Source of the DNA: a virus
Taxonomy: Duplodnaviria > Heunggongvirae > Uroviricota > Caudoviricetes
Length of the DNA stretch: 49,951 nt
IMG/VR virus record: IMGVR_UViG_3300021403_000003
Coordinates: 1-49,951 of that record
Strand: one strand, 5' to 3'
A model generated the notes under the pieces. The model was not told the origin of the DNA. It made no database searches and saw nothing but the letters and a program-made list of their open reading frames with translations. This document shows positions 15,077-23,331 of the stretch, in pieces (the stretch's first letter is position 1; every line of letters begins with the position of its first letter). The position numbers were made by a program, and so were the translations under genes.

Positions 15077-16873
15077 TTACAATCTTGAGATGTTTGAATA
15101 TCCAGCTGGATCATCAAACATCTGACTTGTCAATCGACTGATACTGGATTCTGGGTTCCTGGTTGAAATTTGAACAGCCAGGGATCCACTTTTCTTTGAT
15201 GATGGCATCACTTTTGTCGTGTTACCTCCCTTTATAACCAATACATTTGGTTGTGATTGCTGAGCAGATTTCATTTCAGTGTTCTGAGCACTTGCTGCTG
15301 CAACCCTTTCAGGAAGTTGTTTAGGAACAGGTGCAACCTGTGGGGTTTTGATTTCAAGTTTTTTGTATAGATCAGAATGTTCTTTAACGTATTCTTGTTC
15401 TTTTTTGGAGTACCCACCACGCGTATCACCTGTCATTGCACCAACGAGATGCTTATAATCATCAGGTAATTCATCATATGTTGTTTGTTTGCCATTAAGA
15501 ACAAATTTACCTTGACCCAAAGCTTTCAAACCATATTTCTGTAATGCTTCGGCAGGTTTCATTGCGCGATCTGTTTCATACTTGGCCAGTCTATCAATAC
15601 CATAGGCTCCAGCTGCTGTGATGGCAACAGCACCTGCACCAGCTACAACTTCAGCAGTCCCAACTCCTTCGAGCAGGTTTTTACCAAGACCCTTCAATGT
15701 ATCACCGATTTTTACACCGAGCTTTGCAGCAAAACGAGCCATTGTTGAACCAAATCTCTTCAATACATCCCAAATTTTACCAACACTGTTGAGAATGGTT
15801 TTGACTGTGTCGAAGATTGGTTTTATCTTTTTCCATAATCCAGCAATAGCAGCTGAGATCATTCCTAATATTCCCATGCCCATACCACCATGCTGCTTAT
15901 GCTTTATATCATCCAGTTCCTTCAATATTAGATCAAGTTTGTCATTGATTGCCTTTGCTTCTTTTTCGTGTACGACTTCTGTTTGAACAGTTTGAGCCTT
16001 TTCTTGATCTTCATTTTTCTGAGGAACAGGGAGTTTTTCCTGTGGACTTGTTTGAATTTGTGGTTGAGAGAACTTCTCATGAAGATCAGCGGCCATAAGT
16101 GGAGCAATTTGTTTTGGAACCTTATCTACAGTTTCTCCCTTTATTTTCTTTGGTTTTTCAATTTTTTCAGCTTTTGGCCTCTCAAACTTATAACCAAGCT
16201 TCTCTAATGGTTTTACAGCCGTCCTCTTGAATGAGCTTGCGAATGCAGAAGTGAATTTTTTGACAGCAGAAGATTTACGTTGAAGTTTTTCAGGAATTTT
16301 CTTACCTTGAGCTTCAAGTGTTTTCTTAAGATCTTCAAGAGTGAGTTTTACAGCCTTGATATCTTTACTAGTTGTTTCTTCTCGTTGATCTTCTTTCTTA
16401 GATTCAACAGATGATCTCTTTATCAACTTAGCCGCAAGATCTTTACCAACGAGGTTCTTGATAAAATTTCTAGCAAATCCTGTATTAGGCTTGGATGGAA
16501 TACCTGCGTTCGTAGGTTTTTCTTGATCTGTTACTGGTTTTTGTTCTTGGGAGCCTGCGATCGTAGGTTTTTGTTCTGGTGTAGTTGATACTGTGCTCTC
16601 AGTTGCAGGTGCAGGAGTTTGTTCCTTGGCTTCAGGTGTAACAGATTTTTGTCCTACAGCTTGTTTTGCTCTTTGTACAGATTGTCTCTTGTTGTCATTA
16701 TTCTTTGTCAAAGCATTTTTGGCAACTGGAACTGATTTTGCAGGCATATGTTCATCTAACAGTTTTTGAACTGATGGGGGTACTTCCTTGCCTTGCTTTT
16801 TGAAGTTATCTGCAAGCTCAGTTAATGAAACACCACCTGGAGTTTTGCCTGTTGGTCTTGATTTCTTTGCCAT
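15077..16873 (-). CDS. tape measure / tail length determinator (gp29-like)
   Basis: Long Lys/Glu-rich low-complexity N-half, amphipathic Gly/Ala helices; position downstream of the gp54-gp26-gp51 block. Confidence 0.6.
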   Translation of the reverse strand: MAKKSRPTGKTPGGVSLTELADNFKKQGKEVPPSVQKLLDEHMPAKSVPVAKNALTKNNDNKRQSVQRAKQAVGQKSVTPEAKEQTPAPATESTVSTTPEQKPTIAGSQEQKPVTDQEKPTNAGIPSKPNTGFARNFIKNLVGKDLAAKLIKRSSVESKKEDQREETTSKDIKAVKLTLEDLKKTLEAQGKKIPEKLQRKSSAVKKFTSAFASSFKRTAVKPLEKLGYKFERPKAEKIEKPKKIKGETVDKVPKQIAPLMAADLHEKFSQPQIQTSPQEKLPVPQKNEDQEKAQTVQTEVVHEKEAKAINDKLDLILKELDDIKHKQHGGMGMGILGMISAAIAGLWKKIKPIFDTVKTILNSVGKIWDVLKRFGSTMARFAAKLGVKIGDTLKGLGKNLLEGVGTAEVVAGAGAVAITAAGAYGIDRLAKYETDRAMKPAEALQKYGLKALGQGKFVLNGKQTTYDELPDDYKHLVGAMTGDTRGGYSKKEQEYVKEHSDLYKKLEIKTPQVAPVPKQLPERVAAASAQNTEMKSAQQSQPNVLVIKGGNTTKVMPSSKKSGSLAVQISTRNPESSISRLTSQMFDDPAGYSNISRL

Positions 16874-17094
16874 TATTTCTTATTGATCCTAGATGGTTTT
16901 CTACCTTTATTTTTGTTAGATATTGCTTCCAATTGCATTCTCAAATTTTCTTCCTCAACCTCTTTTGCTAACAAATTCAAAAGAATATCCCTTTCCCAAG
17001 GGATCATATCATCAAAGACTCTTGGATCTTTGTTATGATGATGGAAGAGCGTGAATGTTGTGAGAAAGTATTGCCTTAGCCCTTCGTCGGGCAA
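16873..17094 (-). CDS. gp51: baseplate hub assembly catalyst gp51-like ORF; probably expressed as a -1 frameshift extension of the upstream gene
   Basis: LRQYF.T.F.LFHHH...DDMIPWERDILL.LL...EEEN motif. No ATG start; the TTG lies inside a stem; the frame is open back to the GGATTTT site. Confidence 0.75.
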   Translation of the reverse strand: MPDEGLRQYFLTTFTLFHHHNKDPRVFDDMIPWERDILLNLLAKEVEEENLRMQLEAISNKNKGRKPSRINKK

Positions 17095-17112
17095 TACTGC
17101 TAGGTAAAATCC
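17067..17112 (-). promoter_or_regulatory. candidate -1 programmed ribosomal frameshift signal
   Basis: Minus strand: G GAT TTT (17112-17106), spacer ACCTAGC, stem AGTATTGCC / 14-nt loop / GGCAATACT. Confidence 0.65.
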
Positions 17113-17849
17113 TCAAGACCCTCCAATGTTATTTTGTGATGAAATCCACACTTTGAACAAGTCTTCTCAACTTTTTGTTGGATTACGGGACAGTTTTCGA
17201 AGAATTTTTCAACCTGTGCATATTTATCTTGACTGAGTGATTCTATGAAATTGATCATTTCATCCAAACTCACATCATCGCCTTTGGTGATAGTGTCATT
17301 ATCAAAGACATAATCAACACACATTGCGGCCAATTTGATATCTAAATCACCAGTTGATTTCGCCAATTGTTGAGTCATCTCGAATGTTGGTAATTTCATT
17401 ACCATTCCAATGTTTTCCCCTTCCAAGAAGATTTTCTTATTGACATCTTTGTTGATTACAGGAACTTGTAACAAATCAATATCGAATTCCAAAAGCATGC
17501 CACATTCTTCGCTTTGTGGGACATTTGGATTCTTTGGTGGATTGACCGGTATTTTATTGTTGCATTTGAAAAATAGAGGTGTTTTTTCACCACTAGAACG
17601 AGCCCAAATGTTCAGGAATAACCATTCCAGATCAACCATAGGGAGTTGATCAACATCTATTTCTTTGTTTACCAGGCAATTTCTCAGAATTTGTTTGAAT
17701 GCATCAACAATTGATTCTGTTTCTTTGCTTTCCTTGGCCATCATCAAAATCTTACTTTCCTTTACACTGAAAGGAACAAATGATATAGGTTCAGAACGGG
17801 AAAGGACATTAGCCTTATAGATTGGCCGGTCTATCACTGGCAATGGCAT
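17100..17849 (-). CDS. gp26: baseplate hub assembly protein gp26-like
   Basis: MPLPVI..P.Y, FVPFSVKESKILMMA, DLEWLFLNIWARSSGE, CSKCG....ITLEGLEDF. Confidence 0.8.
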   Translation of the reverse strand: MPLPVIDRPIYKANVLSRSEPISFVPFSVKESKILMMAKESKETESIVDAFKQILRNCLVNKEIDVDQLPMVDLEWLFLNIWARSSGEKTPLFFKCNNKIPVNPPKNPNVPQSEECGMLLEFDIDLLQVPVINKDVNKKIFLEGENIGMVMKLPTFEMTQQLAKSTGDLDIKLAAMCVDYVFDNDTITKGDDVSLDEMINFIESLSQDKYAQVEKFFENCPVIQQKVEKTCSKCGFHHKITLEGLEDFT

Positions 17850-17864
17850 AACGAAAACCTCAGA

Positions 17865-18581
17865 TTACAATGTGATATTATTGAGAAGATTTTGAGCAGT
17901 TCTTGCGGATTGCTTAACAATTTGAGCTTGACCTGGTGTTAACTTCGATGAAGATTCCAATACTCCAACCAAAGCATTAGTGAAATTGTTGATCAATCCT
18001 CCACCTCGTTGAACAGGTGTTGATGCACCCACTGCACCATCTGCAGCTGTCAACCATTTGGTGTAAACCATTGTGACTGTGACTCGATGAATACTATCAT
18101 CACTCCAGTTTAGGTTCAATGCACTAACAGAAATTGGCCATGCTTCATCAAGTTGGGCGAAATATGTACGATTACCAACTTGATCATATTGGTTGACAGT
18201 CACACTGGATTCATATTGAGGATTACCAAGATTATCAAGACGGTAATTGACTAGTCCTGTAGCTTTTGGAATACAAAAATCAGTCCACATATCAAAAAAC
18301 TGTTTTTCTAACATTTGACCTGTGCAATAAAAAGTGAAAGTCACAGGACTGTAGGAGATGTGATGAGGAATACGTTTAATGAAAGCATGATGACGATATT
18401 CAATTGGAGTGATATCAATCCCTGGTAACTCAGAAGCTTCGCATGTTAATGCCAATTCTACTGGGCCATAAGGACCCGTCAATTGTTGAGGAAGAGCAAA
18501 CACAACATCGAATTTGTCTGCTTTTGCAACTTCATTGGCATTCTCAATGTTTGATAAGAAATCATAAACGTTGAAAGCCAT
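17865..18581 (-). CDS. gp54: baseplate tail-tube initiator gp54 / tube-like protein
   Basis: AKADKFDV, CEASELPG, YSPVTFTF, FFDMW, EAWPISVS.LNL.W, RVTVTM.Y. Confidence 0.75.
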   Translation of the reverse strand: MAFNVYDFLSNIENANEVAKADKFDVVFALPQQLTGPYGPVELALTCEASELPGIDITPIEYRHHAFIKRIPHHISYSPVTFTFYCTGQMLEKQFFDMWTDFCIPKATGLVNYRLDNLGNPQYESSVTVNQYDQVGNRTYFAQLDEAWPISVSALNLNWSDDSIHRVTVTMVYTKWLTAADGAVGASTPVQRGGGLINNFTNALVGVLESSSKLTPGQAQIVKQSARTAQNLLNNITL

Positions 18582-19100
18582 TTATTTTGCACCTTTGTAA
18601 GGAGTTGATTTTTGCCATTGTGCGGTAGGCATTTTGATCACTTTGTAATAGTTGACAGGATTTATCTCCAAGAACCTTGATCGCACGTGATCTAAAAGAT
18701 AATGTTTGATGCATGGTTTTATATCATCATAAATGCTAAGTTTCTTCATGAAACCATAACTGGCTTGTAAACGTTTTTGTGGTTCGTATTCCATATATTT
18801 GAATAATTCATCAAGAATGATTTTACGAACACGTTGCGTGACATAGTGAAGATTCCATCCAAGGAAACCTCCTTTGGCAGAATCAGCTGGAATACACAAT
18901 GGGAACTTGTCCCAATATGGTAATTGTGCTTTCAATTTAGCATCATAATAAAAATGACAAAGTACACCTAAATGAGGAGTAGTGCTGTAGGTTCCGAGTT
19001 TTCTTGTGTCTTTGAACATAAATACAACCATGAGAAATGCGTTGTATTTAGTGTGATTCGCAGATGCCAACTTATCATCAAGGAAGGTTCGTTCCATCAC
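18582..19100 (-). CDS. gp2: DNA end protector gp2 (real start probably ATG 19031 or 19019)
   Basis: FYYDAKLK..LPYWDKFPL, GFLGWNLHY, PCIKHYL..HVRS; a late promoter lies inside the annotated 5' part. Confidence 0.85.
   Translation of the reverse strand: MMERTFLDDKLASANHTKYNAFLMVVFMFKDTRKLGTYSTTPHLGVLCHFYYDAKLKAQLPYWDKFPLCIPADSAKGGFLGWNLHYVTQRVRKIILDELFKYMEYEPQKRLQASYGFMKKLSIYDDIKPCIKHYLLDHVRSRFLEINPVNYYKVIKMPTAQWQKSTPYKGAK
19018..19051. promoter_or_regulatory. face-to-face late promoters for gp4 (+) and gp2 (-)
   Basis: ATAAATA on + at 19018-24; CTAAATA on - at 19051-45. Confidence 0.5.
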
Positions 19101-19498
19101 ACCCTGAGAAATATCAAGGGGATCCTAGCAATATCTTCTATAGATCAAGTTGGGAATTTAAACTCATGATTCGATTTGATCATGATGTAAATATTGTTCA
19201 ATGGAGCAGTGAGGAATTGATCATTCCATATAAATCACCTGTTGATGGAAAATTTCACAGATATTTTCCTGATTTTAAGATCAAAACATCTCTTAATAAG
19301 ATCATTCTCATTGAAGTTAAACCTCTTTGCAAAGTTCAACAACCTGTTAAACCAAAGAAAATTACTAAGAGATTTCTGAAGGAAGTAATGGAGTGGGGTG
19401 TGAATGATGCTAAATTTAAAGCTGCAAAGGAATATTGTGCGGAAAGAGGATGGTTATTTTTGATCATGACAGAAAAAGAGCTTGGTATAGTAACATAA
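19064..19498 (+). CDS. gp4: head completion nuclease gp4
   Basis: QGRF.P.HPEKY.GD...I.YRSSWE, WSSEE..IPY.SPVDG.FHRYFPDF, IEVKP, NDAKF.AA..YC. Confidence 0.92.
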   Translation: MPTYHQGRFVPSHPEKYQGDPSNIFYRSSWEFKLMIRFDHDVNIVQWSSEELIIPYKSPVDGKFHRYFPDFKIKTSLNKIILIEVKPLCKVQQPVKPKKITKRFLKEVMEWGVNDAKFKAAKEYCAERGWLFLIMTEKELGIVT

Positions 19499-19501
19499 AT
19501 A
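19495..19501 (+). promoter_or_regulatory. late promoter
   Basis: ATAAATA upstream of gp48. Confidence 0.5.
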
Positions 19502-19524
19502 GTTGACTCAACATCGGTAACCTT

Positions 19525-20772
19525 ATGGCTGCACCCGGCACACCACAAAATCCAATCATCAATTCTGACACACAACCAACCAGTGAAGTCACTGTTTTAG
19601 GTTCTAGTGGATATGATATGAATTTCCTTCGTTATCCCGATGAAGTGGGTTCTCCAGATGTACCAAGCTATGTTGTCTTCAACATCTATGTTCCTGCGTC
19701 AGTTCAATACGATACAAAGTCTAATCCAAGTTTGCAATCAGTTCAGAGCCGTTCTCAAAACAATAGTGATTATTTGGCTTCAACTGCAGGTAAACCACAG
19801 AACCTTGGTGCATCACAAACAGGTGTTGGTGTAGTTGCTGGATTGTCTGCTGCAAAGGCAGGATTTTCAGCAAGTGATGGGGGACCCCTCAGTGCGGCTG
19901 GTGCTGCTACAGGGGCTGGATTGGCAACTACAGCAACTGCAGAGCTTGTTTCTGCTGCAGGCCAGAACCTTATCTCATTGAAACCAAAACTCCGTAGAAT
20001 CAATCAGAGCGTTGCAATTTACATGCCTGATACTGTGATGACTAGTTTCAATCATGATTATGGAACTGTCAGTGCAACAGAAGCTATGGGTAATCTTGGG
20101 TTGGCAACAGCAGCAGGTAATGCGATCAAGGATTCGTTTTCATCTTTCTGGAATGCCCTGAAAAACACAAGCTTATCAGATGTAGCTCATCCAGAAACCT
20201 ATGCATCGGGAATTTTTAAACAGCTTGGTGCAGGTGCATCAAATCTTGCAAACAGTCCCGCAGGTCGTGAAGTTCTTGGTACATTAGCACAAGCATCAGG
20301 ATTGGTTGGTAGTGGATTCACTGAATTGGCTTTGAGATCTGCTGGTGTTGCAGTGAATCCACAAGTAGAATTGTTATATAGAGGAACTCAAAATCGTTCT
20401 TTCATTTTTGAATTCAGATTTCAACCTCGTTCTCAGAAAGAAGCCAAGAATATCAAGAAAATTATCCAGACATTCAAATATTTCTCAAGTCCATCAATTC
20501 AAACGAATACGAATGGCCGATATTTTATTGTACCTGGTCAATTTGATATCACATTCAAATTTCAGAATACAGACAACCCATACATCAGTCAAATATCAAC
20601 TTGTGTTCTTGAAGCCGTTGATGTGAATTATTCTGGTGCCGGTCAATTTGCTACTTTTGTAGACGGTTCTCCAGTTGAGATCACTATGCAATTAAGATTC
20701 AAGGAAGCCGAGATAATGTATCGCGAATTGATGTGGAACCCGGTAACGGGTGATAAGAATCAGGGATTCTGA
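19525..20772 (+). CDS. gp48: baseplate tail-tube cap gp48
   Basis: LRYP, IYMP, NPQVELLYRG...RSF.FEF.F.PRS..EA..I..II..FK, TCVLE.V.VNY, PVEITMQL.FKE.E. Confidence 0.88.
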   Translation: MAAPGTPQNPIINSDTQPTSEVTVLGSSGYDMNFLRYPDEVGSPDVPSYVVFNIYVPASVQYDTKSNPSLQSVQSRSQNNSDYLASTAGKPQNLGASQTGVGVVAGLSAAKAGFSASDGGPLSAAGAATGAGLATTATAELVSAAGQNLISLKPKLRRINQSVAIYMPDTVMTSFNHDYGTVSATEAMGNLGLATAAGNAIKDSFSSFWNALKNTSLSDVAHPETYASGIFKQLGAGASNLANSPAGREVLGTLAQASGLVGSGFTELALRSAGVAVNPQVELLYRGTQNRSFIFEFRFQPRSQKEAKNIKKIIQTFKYFSSPSIQTNTNGRYFIVPGQFDITFKFQNTDNPYISQISTCVLEAVDVNYSGAGQFATFVDGSPVEITMQLRFKEAEIMYRELMWNPVTGDKNQGF

Positions 20773-20773
20773 T

Positions 20774-21361
20774 ATGAACCAATATTACACATACATGTAT
20801 TTTGATCCGAGATCTGGTGATCCATTTTACGTCGGAAAGGGTAAAGATTCTAGAATGGATGTTTGTAGAAAAAGCAACAAACAAGTCCTTGGTAGGGCAA
20901 TGAAACTTCAAGAATTGGGATTGAAACCAATTATAGAAGTGATTAATACAACAAATGAGTTGTCTGCTTTTTGGTTGGAAAGATGTTTGATCGCTGCATA
21001 TGGTCGCAAAGATAATGGAACTGGGATTCTGTTCAATCATACTGATGGCGGAGAAGGATCAAGTGGCAGACACGTGACATACAAAATGTCAGAACAAGGC
21101 AAATTGAATCATAAACTTGTTTGGACTCCTGAAAAAAGAGAATCAAGAAGTTTGTTAGCAAAATCTTTGAATCAAAAGCCTCCAGTGGGAACACCTGAAA
21201 GCGCTAAACGAGCTAGATTGTTATTGAAAGGTCATAAGAAACCAGTTGGCTTCATGTTGGGAAAAACTCATGCTAAAGGAAAGAAACAATCTCCTGAACA
21301 TATAGCAAAAAGAGTGGCTTCCAGGAAATTAACATTGGAGGAGAAAAATGTCTTACTTTGA
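20774..21361 (+). mobile_element. free-standing GIY-YIG homing endonuclease with NUMOD3-like tail
   Basis: YYTYMYFDP...PFYVGKGK..R, E..LI..YGR, LFNHTDGGEG, C-terminal KKQSPEHIAK; inserted between gp48 and gp53. Confidence 0.8.
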
Positions 21362-22010
21362 TAATTTCCCTTGCATTTTATACACAATGGACAATCCTGC
21401 TAATAATCAATTCAGGCAGGTTGTTGATATATTTTGTCGTGTTAAAATGTTAGATTCAATCATTAACAATATCACTGCATATTTCACGTATGCAGTAAAG
21501 GACAGCGATACACCAGAAATCATTGCAGCCAAATATTACAATGATCCAAATAAACATTGGATTATTTTGTTCACCAATCAAGTTTTGGATCCATATTTTC
21601 AGTGGCCATTGAATCAAGAAGAATTCACTCAATTTTTGATCAACAAATATGGCAGTGTTGCAAACTCACAGTCAACAATTGATCATTTTGAAAAAAGAAC
21701 CAATGTAACCATAACTCAAAATTATAAAGTTTCAACGAATGTATATGTCAGTTTGATAGGCACGAATGTATCATCAGTAGATGGTGTTAATGCCTTTCCG
21801 AACATTGCAGATCCAATTCTACAATTGTCTCCAAATAACGTTGTGAGTTTTTCTGATGGTTCCCTTGTTGATACAAGTTCCCAATTGGTTTGTGTCGATG
21901 CATATACCAATGCTGTAATCAACAATGATGGACTTAGGAATATCAAATTGGTCAAAAGTGATTATGTCAATCAAATAGAGGCTGAACTTCAACAGTTGTT
22001 GAGTTCATAA
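21348..22010 (+). CDS. gp53: baseplate wedge subunit gp53
   Basis: MSYFDNFP, Y.VKDSDTPEIIA.KYY.D...HWIIL..N...DPYFQWP, RNIKL. Confidence 0.9.
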   Translation: MSYFDNFPCILYTMDNPANNQFRQVVDIFCRVKMLDSIINNITAYFTYAVKDSDTPEIIAAKYYNDPNKHWIILFTNQVLDPYFQWPLNQEEFTQFLINKYGSVANSQSTIDHFEKRTNVTITQNYKVSTNVYVSLIGTNVSSVDGVNAFPNIADPILQLSPNNVVSFSDGSLVDTSSQLVCVDAYTNAVINNDGLRNIKLVKSDYVNQIEAELQQLLSS

Positions 22011-22014
22011 ATCA

Positions 22015-23331
22015 ATGACTAATCCAAGTTCTGTTATACCATCAGATTCAGGGACTGTAGACCCAGGTCTTTTAACTGCTTCTGATTATAAAATCACAAC
22101 TCTTTCACTTATAACCAGTGATGGAACTGTTGTTGATATCAAAACATTGGCTGTAGAAATCAATATTTACGAAGATTTATTTTCTCCTTGTATGTCTGGT
22201 TCTATATTGATGGGTGATGCACTTGATTTGATAGCAAATTTCAAGATTCATGGACACGAATGGTTAATCATGGAGATAGATAAACCCACCCTCGGATTGA
22301 GTTTGAAAAAGGTTTTCCGTGTTTACAAGGTAAGTGATCGAGAGTTGAAATCTCAGTCTCTCCAAAACTACATCTTACATTTTTGTTCTGAAGAATTGAT
22401 ACTTTCTACTCAAAGATTTGTAAGTAAGAGTTATAAAGGTATGGTCATTTCGGAGATGATCAATGATATGCTTACAAATCAACTTGCTGTAAATCCGAAG
22501 AAATTGGGGTTGATGGATAAGACAGAAGGTATTTTTAACATCATTGTGCCTCGTATGCAACCAATTGAAGCAATCGAATGGTTGTCCAGCAGAGCATATT
22601 CTTCTAATGGTACATTGTTTATGTTCTACGAAAACAGAGATGGATATAATTTTCAATCATATGAAACTCTTATCAGTCGACCTGTGTATCAAACCTATTA
22701 CAAGAGACCAAAACTGGATACAGATCCTCAATTAAATTGGAACAGTTTGAATGTAATGAAGATTGTTCAGGATTTTGATTTGATTGCATCTGGTCGTTAT
22801 GGTGCATTCAATTCAACTCTGATGACATTTGATTTTGTGAATCGTAAGGTACAGAACTCACAATATGTTGCTGGTCAAGGGGTTATGTTGAATAGCTCTG
22901 TACCATTCAATTCAACATTGAACCGATTCAAAACACCTTTGAATCAAAATCCAGATTATTTCCTAAAGTTTTATCCAACATTTGATTCTGATCCCAAGAC
23001 TAATGCTTCTCATCCTGAGAACTGGTTACACAAAAAAGCTTCTCGTCTTGCTCAGTTGAGTAGTTTCAAAATGGTTTGTACAATCCCAGGTGATATTGCA
23101 TTAAAAGTAGGTTCGATTGTTAAAGTTGAAGTACCACAAGCTGTACCTCAAGGCGACAAATTACAGATCAATCAACTCCGAACTGGTAAATACCTTGTTA
23201 GTGCTGTCCATCACATCTTTTTTAATGATGTGATGTCAACTGTTTTTGAACTTCTGAGCGACAGCATCAACGGAACAATGAATCCTTCTTCTGATAGTTC
23301 ACAAGGCATGATTGCAATCAAAGGTTCATAA
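22015..23331 (+). CDS. baseplate hub protein (gp27-like)
   Basis: INIYEDLFSPCMSG.I...D, FMFYENRDGYNF.S, PGD..LKVG.IV, GKYLV.AV.H; located between gp53 and gp5. Confidence 0.7.
   Translation: MTNPSSVIPSDSGTVDPGLLTASDYKITTLSLITSDGTVVDIKTLAVEINIYEDLFSPCMSGSILMGDALDLIANFKIHGHEWLIMEIDKPTLGLSLKKVFRVYKVSDRELKSQSLQNYILHFCSEELILSTQRFVSKSYKGMVISEMINDMLTNQLAVNPKKLGLMDKTEGIFNIIVPRMQPIEAIEWLSSRAYSSNGTLFMFYENRDGYNFQSYETLISRPVYQTYYKRPKLDTDPQLNWNSLNVMKIVQDFDLIASGRYGAFNSTLMTFDFVNRKVQNSQYVAGQGVMLNSSVPFNSTLNRFKTPLNQNPDYFLKFYPTFDSDPKTNASHPENWLHKKASRLAQLSSFKMVCTIPGDIALKVGSIVKVEVPQAVPQGDKLQINQLRTGKYLVSAVHHIFFNDVMSTVFELLSDSINGTMNPSSDSSQGMIAIKGS

Noticed and set aside
20750-21361. Group I intron carrying the GIY-YIG gene
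   Set aside because: The flanking gp48 and gp53 ORFs are complete and there is no room for intron core structure, so the gene is free-standing.
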